Source: Macrostomum lignano (lineage: Eukaryota). Taken from it: 64,000 nucleotides of DNA. The notes beneath the pieces were generated by a model that saw only the letters and a program-made list of their open reading frames with translations, was not told the DNA's origin and made no database searches. Made by a program: the position numbers and the translations under genes. Numbering within the stretch: position 1 is the stretch's first letter; each line of letters begins with the position of its first letter. The DNA is taken from NCBI GenBank assembly GCA_002269645.1, contig NIVC01001226.1, positions 87,835 through 151,834 on the forward strand, read 5' to 3'. Of this stretch, positions 38,439 through 50,770 are shown one piece after another.

Positions 38439-41400
38439 ATGCGTTCAAGCATTAGAAACATACTATCGTTAAATACGACAAAATTATCTATTCGGCGTTG
38501 CTTAGCAACAACTGACGCCTCAGCCGCGTCGTCTAGTTCGAATTGTTCAACGTCTTCGCCAAGTGCTGTCGCTGCTGGAAGCTTCCGTTTCGCTGATCTG
38601 TCAATCGAGCGAACCGAACAGCCCAAGCCGAAGCCGCCCAATGACAGTCTGGTGTTTGGCAGCCAGTTCTCCGATCACATGCTGTTGGCCAGGCATTCCA
38701 AGTCTGCCGCTGGTTGGATGGCGCCTCGCATTCAACCCTTGCAGAGTCTGCCGTTGCATCCGGCGTCCAAGTGCTTGCACTACGCTTTGGAGTGCTTCGA
38801 AGGATTGAAGGTTATAAATTTGTGACTGGGATGCTCAGTTTGATTGTATCAACTTGTAATGGGATTTTGATGTTGTAGGGATGAGATTCTGATGCTGTAG
38901 GGGTGAGATTTTGATGCTGTAGGGGTGAGATTCTGATGCTGTAGGGGTGAGATTCTGATGCTGTCGGGGTGAGATTCTGATGCTGTAGGGGTGAGATTCT
39001 GATGCTGTAGGGGTGAGATTCTGATGCTGTAGGGGTGAGATTCTGATGCTGTAGGGGTGAGATTCTGATGCTGTATGGGTGAGACTTTGATTCTGTATGG
39101 GTTAGATTTTGATGCTGTATGGGTGAGATTCTGATGCTGTAGGAGTGAGATTCTGATGCTGTAGGAGTGAGATTTTGATGCTATAGGGGTGAGATTCTAA
39201 TGCTGTATGGGTGCGATTCTGATGCTGTAGGGATGAGATTCTGATACTGTAGGGGTGAGATTCTGATGCTGTAGGGGTGAGATTCTGATGCTGTAGGGAT
39301 GAGATTTTGATGCTGTAGGTGAGATTCGATGCTGTTGGGGTGAGATTCGATGCTGTTGGGGTGAGATTCGATGCTGTAGGGGTGAGATTCGATGCTGTAG
39401 GGGTGAGATTCGATGCTGTAGGGGTGAGATTCGATGCTGTAGGGGTGAGATTTAGATACTGTAGGGATGAGATTCGGATGATGTAAGAGTGGTTTTAATG
39501 CTCTAGGAGAAGATTTTGGGACACTGTATGGGATAAGATTTTGGTGATGGACGAAGTTCCAACCCCAACCCCACAGGCTTTCCGTGGCGTTGACGGCCGG
39601 GTCCGCCTGTTCCGCCCCATGGAGAACTGCAAGCGGATGCTGCGCAGCGCCGAACGCTCAACCCTGGCCTCGTTCGACCCCGCCGAGCTGCACCGATGTC
39701 TGCGCGAGCTGATTCGGCTGGACGCCGACTGGGTGCCGGATTCGCGCGACTGCTCGCTGTACATCCGGCCTACCATGATCGCCGCCGAGCCGCGCATCTC
39801 CGTCGGGCCCGCCGAGGAGACCCTGCTGTGAGCCGCTCGTGTGTCCTGCTGCCCTCACGAACTCATTTATGAACTCACTTATGAACTCATTTATGAGCTC
39901 ATTCATGAACTCATTCATGAACTCACTCATGAACTCATTTATGAACTCACTCATGAACTCATTTATGAACTCATTCATGAACTCATTTATGAACTTACTC
40001 ATGAACTCATTTATGAGCTCATTCATGAACTCATTTATGAGCTCATTCATGAACTCATTCATAAACTCATTCATGAACTCTCTCATGAACTCACTCATGG
40101 ACTCACTCATAAACTCACTTATAAACTCAACTCATGAATTCACTCGACTGTTTACTTAATCACCCACGCAACCGTCACGGTTTCCTCCTGCGCTTTTTAT
40201 TACTCAGTTTCTTACGCAAAATCTTTCGCTAACCATTGGTTATAATTCAACTCCTAAGATGATAAATTCTATTACTATTCTGTTACCTCCCGCCACGAAA
40301 AATTCACTTACAGGTACGTGATCACGGGGCCGGTGGGGCCCTATTATCCAACCGGGTTCAAGCCCGTAACGCTGCTAGCCGATCCAACTTATTGCCGAGC
40401 TTGGCCGGGTAAATTTTATGACTAACTGATTCTAATGCTTTTATACTACTTGTTGATTGGAGTAGTATCAGCTAGGAATATGAATAAAGTGTCTTATCTT
40501 TTAGCGTGTTGTAATATGCGTTTTAGTTGATTTTGCGGCTGGCTGTTACAGTAGGTGGTACACTTGAATGTTAGAACTCACTGGCTGTTTAATACGGGTT
40601 ATATTGTGTTACAGAACTTACAGCACAGTATGTTTAATGTTGGGTCTCACAGGTGTTATGTGTTATAGCTGGTGTTACACATGTCATTATTTAGTGTTAC
40701 AGGTGTTGTTATTGGTGTTACAGGTGTTCTGAATAGTGTTACATGTGTTATAAACGGTGTTACAGGTGTTCTGAATAGTGTTACATGTGTTACGAATGGT
40801 GTTACAGGTGTTATGATTGGTGTTATGATTAGTGTTACGAATGGTGTTACAGTTGTTATGTTGGTGTTATGATTAGTGTTACAGGTGTTTGAGCATAAGG
40901 ATAAACCTCTCCCTAACCTGCCCCTATTCTCCTCACCCAACCACCAGGCGGCGTTGGCAACAACAAAATGGGCGCGAACTACGGACCTACCTGCTACGTA
41001 CAGTTGCAGGCCGCCGCCCAGGGCTGCCAACAGGTGCTGTGGCTATACGGGCCCGAGCACCGGCTAACAGAGGTTGGCACCATGAATTTGTTCATATTCT
41101 GGCGCAGCAAAGACACTGGCAAGCCTCAGCTGGTGACGCCGCCGTTAAACAGCGGATTAATCCTACCCGGCATTGTTCGGGACAGCCTATTGCGTCTAGC
41201 TCGCGAATGGAACGAATGGGAAGTATTAGAACGGGACATCACTATGGGCGAACTAATTGAAGCTATCGATAGCGGCCGGCTAATGGAAATGTTCGGCTCT
41301 GGCACCGCTTGCATTGTTAGCCCGGTTAGCGGAATTAAATACGACGGCAAAGTAATCCAGGTGCCCACTATGAGCCAGGGCGCCCCGGTTACTATGCGTT

Positions 41401-41471
41401 TCTTTAAGACGCTGACGGATGTTCAGTACGGCCGGATCAAGGATCACCCCTGGGCTGAGATTGTCGCCTGA
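38439..41471 (+). CDS. BCAT: Branched-chain amino acid aminotransferase, 4 coding exons (38439-38810, 39577-39827, 40314-40408, 40948-41471), 413 aa, probable mitochondrial presequence
   Basis: GT-AG introns and consistent phases. Motifs [28 protein letters not shown] (PLP lysine), EVGTMN, ILPGIVR and FGSGTAC. The N-terminus is Arg/Ser-rich and acid-poor. Confidence 0.95.
38870..39480. repeat. 22-bp minisatellite, BCAT intron 1
   Basis: Unit GTGAGATTCTGATGCTGTAGGG. Confidence 0.93.
39855..40140. repeat. 12-bp minisatellite, BCAT intron 2
   Basis: Unit (C/T)ATGAACTCA(T/C)T. Confidence 0.93.
40640..40890. repeat. Degenerate GTGTTA/GGTGTTACA satellite, BCAT intron 3
   Basis: Repeated GGTGTTAC words. 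Confidence 0.7.
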
Positions 41472-44211
41472 ACGTTTTTTTTCGTTTCTAAGAAATCATC
41501 ACACAATAAAATCTCTTTATTTCGTTCATATTTGCTACTTAATAAACAGCTGATAGTAGACTGTCGAGCATTTTGTGTTGCTTTTTTCATCTACATTCTA
41601 CATCATTCGGGAAAAGTTACATTTCGGATTTAATATTGTCGGTCACAATTATTTTGTCATCGCATTAAAGACAACTACTGAACTACGATTATGCTAAGCA
41701 AACATTTGCTACAAAGCACTCCTACTCATTCCCGTGTAAAGCAAGCACAAGTACAATTGTCTTTTTTTGTTGCTGCACTTTTTGCAAAGCACTGCCTGCC
41801 CGCTGAATCAAACTGGTTTCGAGTGGTTGGGTTGCTTACTTTGTTGCTTTTTCTGTCTTTGCTTCTTTTTAATACAATATTTTTATTTAATCTTGCCCAT
41901 TTGATTGTAGATCATCGCGTACTGGCTTGGTTTCTGGTCCATTGTGTGCATAAATTCTAAAATATTCCGTTTATACTACTAAATTTTTCTTTGAGAAAGT
42001 AGCCGACGCAGCTTTTGTTGTCAATTTTCTTTCTGGTCTGTATTTAGTATCTTAGACAACTTATTTCACAATTGGTAGTCTATATGATCTTTCTTTGTTA
42101 ATCTCTAATAGAGATAATTAGGGATTAATGCATACTCTGGGATTTGGGAAAACTGTTTATTCCCGCCTTTGATCCCCGGATATTACATCCTCAATCTTTA
42201 ATCAACAGGTAAAACTGCCTTGAATTTTGATGCTGATGGACTTGTCCCCCTATCAGTGGCGTTAGCGTTTATCTAGGGATTTCAATTGATCGGACTTTTT
42301 GCAATCCCGATCCCCGAGATTCTTGGCATCTTAATTTCCCGGTGTTTTTCTTATCCCGTGATCCCAAATCCCTGGTCCTGACTCCTAACTCCTAATAATG
42401 CCGGGTACTTTTGATTCAGAGAAATTAGGCTTTTGTATTGATTCAGAGAAATTAGGCTTTTGTATAATACCGGTATTGGATTCCTACGTTCTGGGACTGG
42501 CATTAACGACTTTAATTAAGCATCTAGAAGTCTAGGTCTAGGAGTCCATGGACTGGGACGGCTGGGTAGGAATGTATGTAATGTGGGTAAGTTGTAAAAC
42601 TTGGATCGACAGGTCTAGCTAGACTCTAGAGAGAAAAGAAAGGGCTTGGAAAGCCAGTCGGGTCGGGTGGGTCGGGTTGTTTTTCGCTTCGGCTGTTGGT
42701 TGGCCCATAGGCCATTGGGACCATGGGGTTTGAAGTTGGTGAGCCGAGGCGGGCCTAGACTGGATTTTAGCTTCGGAAAAAATCCGGTTCTAGCCGGGGT
42801 TTTGCGCGCCTAAGCTTCTCATTCCTTTTTTCTCCAGCCTTCTTTCTCTTTGCCTCGGACCTCCCCCTCAGTCAACCCCGCTTGAACTATTTTTATCAGC
42901 ATTCCGTCCCCCGCTCGCATCCCTCCGCCCATTGGGTTATGTACATTCCCTCACTGTGACTGTACGTTAGAGCCATGAGGGTGGGGGTTTTGTATGCCGC
43001 AATTACACATAATTCAGACCACGTGACGTTTTTCAAGCCCTTACCCGGCCCCCCACTTTTCCAACCTATTAGTATTAATGCGATAGCCAACTTCGCGTCA
43101 AGTCGTTGGTCCCGCTGGCGTCCATTGAGTACTTAGCTTTTCCGGTTAAATGCTATCGATAGGCGAACGAATTGTTGATTATAATTGTCTGAACTCTGGA
43201 GTTTATACTGAACTTGATACACCAAAATACTTTAGAAAAACAGTTTTGGTTCAAGAATAAATATTTTTATGATAATTATATGCGGGAGGTTTTATCTCCA
43301 CTCTCTTCTCGGCTAAGCTGCACTCACAGTCAGTGTCAGTACCAGTAGAATATGATATTCTCAATTGGCCTCACACCATAGTTAGTCCCAACCTGAAATA
43401 TCAGCAATATCTATCTGCTTTAGTAGCCTTTTAATTTTATAAAAAGGTTAAAAATATTTCTTGTTTTTGTAGCAAGCACAGATTGTACTAAATTATATTT
43501 AGGCGTCGACTTTGCTAAAGCTTTTTCACTGCGAACTTTTTTGCGATTTGTTTTGCTTTTTCCCAGCAGATTTGAGTTTATCTACTTTTTACTAACTATA
43601 TATTCTTTGAAAGTGGCAATTCTAGTGGAAAGAAGAATATATAAATAATGGCATTATTTCTTCTGTTTTTAATTCCATGTGAATATTGATATAATAAGTT
43701 TAGTAAATAACCATTCTAATTTCTAACCATTCTAATTAACTCGTGCGTTTTTACATACTGCCCAGTGCGTTTCCTTAAGCAGGTGTTGTTGAACAATAAT
43801 AATTATCATCCTTAATTCAAGACATCCTTTATTTTGAGAAAATATTTCCATTCTATAATAGTAGGAGCTATAATAGTTCTAGCTGACGCTAGTGCGCATT
43901 TTTTTCTCTTTCTCGAGTCACCTCACATCACATTGCTAGACAGGCCAGTTTTTATTTACGAGTATTTGGGTTTTTTGTCGAATTCCAATCACAACTCAAC
44001 TCAACAAGCTCTTACAATTACAAAACACGTTTAAATACGCAAAATACAAAGACATCCACGCTTTAATTTGTTGTCAGCCAGTCTTAATCTAGATTTTTCA
44101 ATCTACTATTGATAAGTCATGGATATTCTTGTATAGATCCTGTTTGTGTTGTTTTCTTAGCTCGTAGCACTTAATTATTGACCTGTAAAAGACAAGTTTA
44201 ATGGGTTACAT

Positions 44212-45232
44212 CAGCGGTCGGCAAACTCCGGCCTTTCTTCAACTTGGCCTGAACTTCTTGAACTTCTCTGAACTTCTTGAACTTCTTCTTCAACTTCTCA
44301 ATAGCAATCCGGCCCCGCCTAAAGTTTGTGTCTCTTCTCAGCCTTCTTCTCCTTTCTCTCCTCTCCCTTCTCTCCTCTCCCTCTCCTGTCCTCTCCCTTC
44401 TCCCATCTTCCTTCTCTCCTCTCCTTTCTCTTATTGGGGGACAAAGCCAAGAATTCAACATGTACATGACTAAATTCCTACATTTTTATTATTTTGAGAA
44501 TTCGTATTGTCAGCGCTCATTTTGGCGCGGCAGCCATTCCTTTTGGCGCCGCAGGCATTCTTTTAGCGCCGCAGGCACTCATGTGGCGCCGAATGCGCTA
44601 TATTTTGGCGCCCTGAAGAAAAATTATTGGTTACCACAACAGGTCACAAGGGGGTTGGGGGGACATAGCATTGGCATGTCCCCATAGCTTTTACTGGGGG
44701 GGGCATGTCCCCCCTGTCCCCCCGTAGCGATGCGCCTGCTGTACACTGTACAGTCTAAACAAGGGGTCGGTAAAAGTTTTTACCTTATAGGCCAGATAAA
44801 GAATCCAGATCGTGGCTGCGGGCCTGATGAGAGAGGCAAGGAGAGAGAAGAGAGGAGAGGCTATAGAGATGAGGATGAAGAGAGGAGAGGCTATAGAGAT
44901 GAGGATGAAGAGAGGAGCTGAGAGGTGAGGCTAAAGAGGGTTGCGAAGAGAGGGGAGAGGCTAGATAGGGGTGTGATAGAGGAGAGGGGCGCTATAGAGA
45001 GTAAAGATGAGAGGGGAGAGGCCAAAGAGGCATTTATTAGATGTGTTAAGTTGGGAGATGACAGGCAAGAATATGAGTGTAAATGAAATGAGAGGAAGGA
45101 AGATTGAGGGGAGATAAAGAGAATTAGAGAGTTGAGAAGAGAAACCCTCGGAGGGCCGGATTGCTATTGTGAAGTTTCAAAGGGTCCGAGGGCTGAATAA
45201 GAGAGGCTTGAGCCGGAGTTTTCCGACCCCAG
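44212..45232. mobile_element. Possible hAT-family relic(s) with a purine-rich interior
   Basis: CAGCGGTCGGCAAACTCCGGC at 44212 and inverted GCCGGAGTTTTCCGACCCCAG ending 45232. The flanking 8-mers do not match. A further hAT-like end (...GTAGCGATGCGCCTG) lies at ~44738. Confidence 0.4.
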
Positions 45233-45904
45233 GTCTAAGCCGTACATATGTATAATACCTTAGGTAGTTTAATGAAAAAAAAAATCCTTTCTTTGTTTGC
45301 CTCGCCAACGGGAGTGGGGCGCAGATGCTATAGTGATCAGCTAAAATTATTTTTCTTGAGTTTTTTATTTCACCCAGAACTTTTCATTCTTAGATTTTCA
45401 ATATTTAAAAAAATGACCGAAAAAATCCTTTTTGAACCATAATGTATACGATGTACTCGTACAATTACACATTTGCACGTACATGTACATGTTTAAGTTC
45501 TATATAAAGCGCAATTTTTCAAGTTTAAAAAAACTGCGGAATGGTTTTTCGATCAAATAATGATATAAAAATATTTCCTCCTGAATACAGTGTGAGTTAA
45601 AGCTGCATGGATTTTATGGTTTTTTCTATAGACAGTGGGAACTGGCGGTAAAAAAAATTACTGTGCGCATGCACATATACATCAGAATAAATTATGACTC
45701 AAATACGTGAAATTTCTCTGGAGAGCTCAGTAATTTCACGCAATTCTCTGTTAAGTATTCTAATCAAAGTACTTTAGGTGACAAAAATATAGTAAACACG
45801 TGTGACATGTACGAAATATATTCATGCAGCTTTAAAATTTAATTTTCTCATCTCTGTGCAAATTTATAAATGTATGTGTGCATCTAGAAATGGACGCTCG
45901 ACCA

Positions 45905-45944
45905 CAGGGACAACTGAAACCCTAAAGGGTTTTAGTTGTCCCTG
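45905..45944. mobile_element. 40-bp TIR-only element (19-bp arms, 2-bp spacer) with perfect 8-bp TSD CTCGACCA
   Basis: CAGGGACAACTGAAACCCT-AA-AGGGTTTTAGTTGTCCCTG, one mismatch; TSD at 45897-45904 and 45945-45952. Confidence 0.85.
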
Positions 45945-47439
45945 CTCGACCATTTAGTGTCGATCTTTCAAATGGGCTAGACTTGCAAGGCTTAAAATCG
46001 GTTAAAATATATTTTTGTACAGCCTACTGTAAATATGCACAAACGTACATTACAGATTCGTATTCAAAGCCGCGTGCAATATCTTAAAATGTAAAAAACA
46101 AACAACATGTTCATGTAGTGTACATGTCATGTACCGATATTCATGATTTACAATTTACATGTAGGAAATGAATACTTTACAGTAAAATATACGCAATAGA
46201 TTCCTTCATTACACGAGTGCGTAGGGCGTATATCGTGCGATAAAAATAGCTGTTGAGGATGCATGCATATTTAAATTATTTTTTAGAGTTTTCTGGAGCA
46301 AACAACATGCAATATAATGAATTTAATATACAACTGCATGTACATACACCTAGGTCTATTCCAATTCTGAATGCATTTTAGTTGTTCTTTAACATGTAAG
46401 AATTCAAGTTTGTTGACAAGATGAAAATTCTTAAAATAATGATTCCGGTAAAATAGAAAGTACTTTATAATAACAAACAGTACAGTAAAATTATGTTAGT
46501 TTATTTTTTTGTCTCTACTAATGTTGGAAATGCGTTAAGAAATAAATTGTATACAGTTTCTGAAAATATCAATGTACTTGCAAATTTTCCCGTAGCCACG
46601 CTGCTACCTATAAGTAGTTGACGAACTGGTTCCAACCGGTTTCGGCTGGTTTTAGCCACATTTTTGGGAGGACCATTAGAGCTGTATATGAGACAACATT
46701 ATTGTAGTTCTGCTTAGTTTATACTGGTATAACAGGGCTGTGGCCTTAAGCCAAGCACATCTAATATTTGGCTTCTACCTGCAACCGTGAGTCTGCGTGT
46801 AGTAAGGTCGCAGTTTTCACAGGTCGTAACTTGGGCCTTTGTGTAGGCCTAGGCCTAGTCCTAGCCAAAAAGCTGGACTAAACTAAAGACAAAGCGAGCC
46901 GAGCTTCATACTTACAGCCTAATTAAATTTTTGTTTTTTAGCTTAGCTATTTTTATGTATTTTTGTTAGATCCAGTAGGTTAACATATTACACAATTGTG
47001 ACATTGTCAATATTAACTAAAAATTGCTCATCTTGAGCTGTTGTCATTGACATTGTCATTAACTGTTTAGAATAGGCCTAAGCCCTAAGTCTAAGTGGTA
47101 TTCAACAATTTATTTGTAAGAATAGTAAAAAAGACTAATGTTATCATTGTTAGGCTATGGTAGTCCTACCATGTACAAGCAGTGTTTTACTGCTACACCT
47201 CTATAGGCCTACCTCTGGTTTCCATGCTTATTTGGTACCTAGCATGTCTCAATTTATGATTTCTAAATTAAAAAAGTAGGCCTGGCCTTCTTGAACTTTA
47301 GGGAGATAAAAGTTGCAGTTTCAATAAGATCATAATTTTGTTTCTATAGAGGTTTTTGATGGTGCTGATTTCAAATTTGAACTTCATTTTTTGTAGCTTA
47401 AAGCCAACCACTAGGGTATGGGAATAAGGGTTTTAAGTA

Positions 47440-49570
47440 GTGTTCCGCCGTAGCCATAGCTATGGCTACGGGATCTTACACTATGGCAAATATGGTAAAA
47501 TAAGTGCCTATGGCAGCTACGGATACACCTACAGTAGCTAGCTGCTCTTATAGCTAGGACTACAGAAATATGGTAGTTGCTGTCACATTCCATAGATTCC
47601 CATAGCCATAGGCCCTAGTTATTAATGTTAAAAATTGAAAAAATATTAGAAATAGGTAGAGTAAAACAAATATATTTTTAGTAAACTGTATTATCAACCT
47701 AGAAACTTATAAAATATACTCTTAAAAAAAACAATAAAACACTAGCAAACTCTAATTTTTATTAATGTGAAAAAGTTTAGCGTTAGTACTTTCAATAACG
47801 ATTAAGTATTTTTGCTCTGAAAAAAGACAAAATATAATCTTACAAAAACAATCAAGTGTTTTTTTATTTTCTAATTTAATTTGCAGTTGTTAAAGCACTA
47901 GGTTATCTTCTTGATTCAAAGTATTTTGTTTTTTAGACTTTTTGTTAAAACTACGACTATGGGAACTACAGGAATATGGTAATTTTAGGGTCCCTATGGC
48001 TATGGAATACAGAGAATTCGAGTAAGCCATAGTTTTGCTAACGGCTACAGCTATGGTACATGGACCCTCCTTATAGTGAAACACTAGTTTTAGGGTAGAG
48101 AGATTCTTCATGGGGATTTATTTTATATATCTAAATTTCAATAGAGTTATAGGGGTCTATTGAAGATTAGGTAGATAAATTTAGAGACTAAGGGGGTAAG
48201 GGGGCAAGTCTCAAGGGAAGGGGGCTGACAACTACCAACAACCAAGGCATAAGAAAAGGAGGTCATGCTTGGGCGCAACCTTGGGATTCACCTAGCTGTT
48301 TCTATTGGCAACACATATATAAGTCGTTATTGGCGGAGAGCAGTCATATGACCACTATTTTGTCCGATAGCAACTTATATGTGTGTGTTGCTAATAGAAA
48401 CAGCCAGGTGATTCCCAAAGTTGCGCATATATGATGGGGGTATTAGTGTGGGGAGAATCTTCATGGGGATTTATTTTATGTACCTAAACTTCAATAGAGG
48501 CATAGAAGTCTATTGAAGATTAGGTAGATAATTTCAGAGACTGAGGGGGGGGGTTCTAGGGGGTAAATTGAAATAAAGCTTTAAAATAATTAAAAATTTA
48601 ACAATTTATCAAAAATACAACCATAGAGAAAAAAATTATAATCCTATCAAAATTAATAGTTATTAGCAGCTGTAGTGACCTTCAGAATGGAGACAACCCA
48701 GATTAGTAGAAATTAGTATAGGTAAACAAGTAAAGAATATATGGCTATAGTAATCAACAATAAGAAATCAACAGCGAATCAAAAAGTGGGTGGTGAGGGG
48801 CAGGTAGCAAACTGTTAGTCAACATTTTCTAAAAAAGTAAACTGATGTGGCACTCTCGCTGCACTATAACAAATTGAAAAAAAGTAGAATAGACACAATT
48901 TTTTTCAAAGATAAAATTCAAACCCTCTAAATGTTTTTTTAGAATAAGTTCATCAAGTTTTGGAAAATATTTATGTTAGAAAGTTATTGATTCTAAAAAA
49001 GTTCAACTTTCAAACTCCAAATTCTCCAAAACTGCTTGGATCAAATTAGCATTAGTTACATAGGAGATTAACAAATCAAGCTCCCATTACCTCTGAAAGT
49101 AATTTTTGCAGTTTTTTTGCTTTATTATAAATTTGGACAGCCTTTAAGACTCTGCAAAAGTTTTAAAAAAATCTGAAAATTAGAAATAGGCCCAACTTTT
49201 AATCTTGCAAAAATAGAATAAGTGTTCTAGTGTTTTGCTATAGCTACAGCTATAGCTATGGGATCTTATGTCAAATATAGTAAAATAGGTTGCCTGTGGC
49301 AACTACAGATATGCCTACGGTAGATAGCTGTTGTTATGGCTACAACCACAAAAATATAGTAGTTGCTGTCATATTCCATAGATCTCATAGCCATAGCCCA
49401 TGGTTATAAATTTAAAAAATAAAAAAATATTAGAAATAGGTAAAGTAAAACAAAGATACTTGAACTATATTATGGATTTAAAACCTTTAAATTATACCTA
49501 ATAGAGTACAATAAAACACAAGGACTAACAAATTCTAACTTTAATATTAATATGAAAAAGTTCAGTTGGT
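47440..49570. repeat. Dispersed diverged direct repeats (~47440-47830 vs ~49235-49570; ~48100-48197 vs ~48454-48548)
   Basis: Shared blocks such as TAGTTGCTGTCA.ATTCCATAGAT and CTTCATGGGGATTTATTTTAT. Confidence 0.55.
48264..48433. mobile_element. Second full copy of the ~170-bp fold-back MITE, no TSD visible
   Basis: Same CATGCTTGGGCGCAACC...GTTGCGCATATATG termini as 16047-16218. Confidence 0.8.
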
Positions 49571-49789
49571 CTTTCATTTAATTAATTAGAAATGTGAATG
49601 TATTACCAAATAAAATATACTTTACAAAATTTATTAAAATTATGGTAGCAATTATTATGGTGGTATCACTGGTAACAATAAGCGTGGTATCCTAAAGTAT
49701 GAGTACACTTAGAAGACTTGAAACATTTATAAAATTGCTAATCCACATTGCAGAATTAGTGTCTAAGAATGTACCAATAATTCCCCAAT

Positions 49790-50770
49790 CAGGTTTGCTA
49801 TAATCCCAAGTCAAGCTTGCAATGATCCCAGTCAAGTTTGAAATGATCTCCTAATCAGGTTTAAAATGATCCCAATCAGGTTTGCAATGATCCTCCCAGT
49901 CAGGTTAGCAACAATCCCCAGTTAAGTGGTATAATAATCCCACAAAAAGGTTTGAAATGATATCCCAATCAGGTTTGCAATGATCCCAGCCAGGTTTAAA
50001 ATCATACATGCGCAACAGTCAGCAAAGTCAACCAATTTGATGGCCAACCAAGGAAGTCACAAAAATACCCACCCAAAAAATTACCCAAGTAGTAGTACTA
50101 AGTAGCTGACAAGGCATTTTGGCTTTATAAGACAGTCATAGTTACTCCTGTCATTTATCCAAAATTGCATTAATTTTGCTTTAGGGTTTTTTTACATGTA
50201 AGTTGTATTTTGGCCAAAAACTATGTCGCATTTTTGTTAAAACTAAGTTGCATGGCCGACCAAATTTTGGAGGTTGTGCATGCATGTTTAAAATGATCCC
50301 CCAGTCAGGTTTAAATTGATCCCTAGTCAGGTTTGCAATGATCCCCTAGTCATTTTTGCAATAATCCCAGTCAGGTTTGAAATGATCTTACAGTCAGGTT
50401 TGAAATGATCTTCTAGTCAGGTTTGCAATGATCCCAGTTGGGTTTGCAATAATCCCCTAAGCAAGTTTAAAATGATCCTAGTCAGGTTTGCAATTATCCC
50501 CTAATCATTTTTGCAATAGTCCCAGTCAGTTTCGAAATGATCCAAGTCTGGGTTATAATGATCCCCTAGTCAGGTTTGTAATAATCTCATAAAAAGATTT
50601 AAAATGATCTCCCAGTCGGGTTTGTAATGATCCTAGTCAGGTTTACAATGATCCTAGTCAAGTTTAAAATAATCCCCCAATCAGGTTTAAAATGATCCCA
50701 GTCAGGTTTACAATGATCCTAGTCAGGTTTAAAATGATCCCTCAATCAGGTTTGAAATGATCCTAGTCAA
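49790..50770. repeat. Degenerate ~22-24-bp satellite (ATGATCCCAGTCAGGTTTGCA) in two blocks
   Basis: Blocks at ~49790-50000 and ~50290-50770. Confidence 0.8.

Noticed and set aside
22894-40159. Repetitive ORFs in SPT6/BCAT introns and between the genes ([29 protein letters not shown])
   Set aside because: They lie inside GT-AG introns or satellites, and the spliced genes are complete without them.
44198-44921. Glu/Arg- or Ser/Leu-rich ORFs
   Set aside because: Translations of purine/pyrimidine low-complexity tracts.
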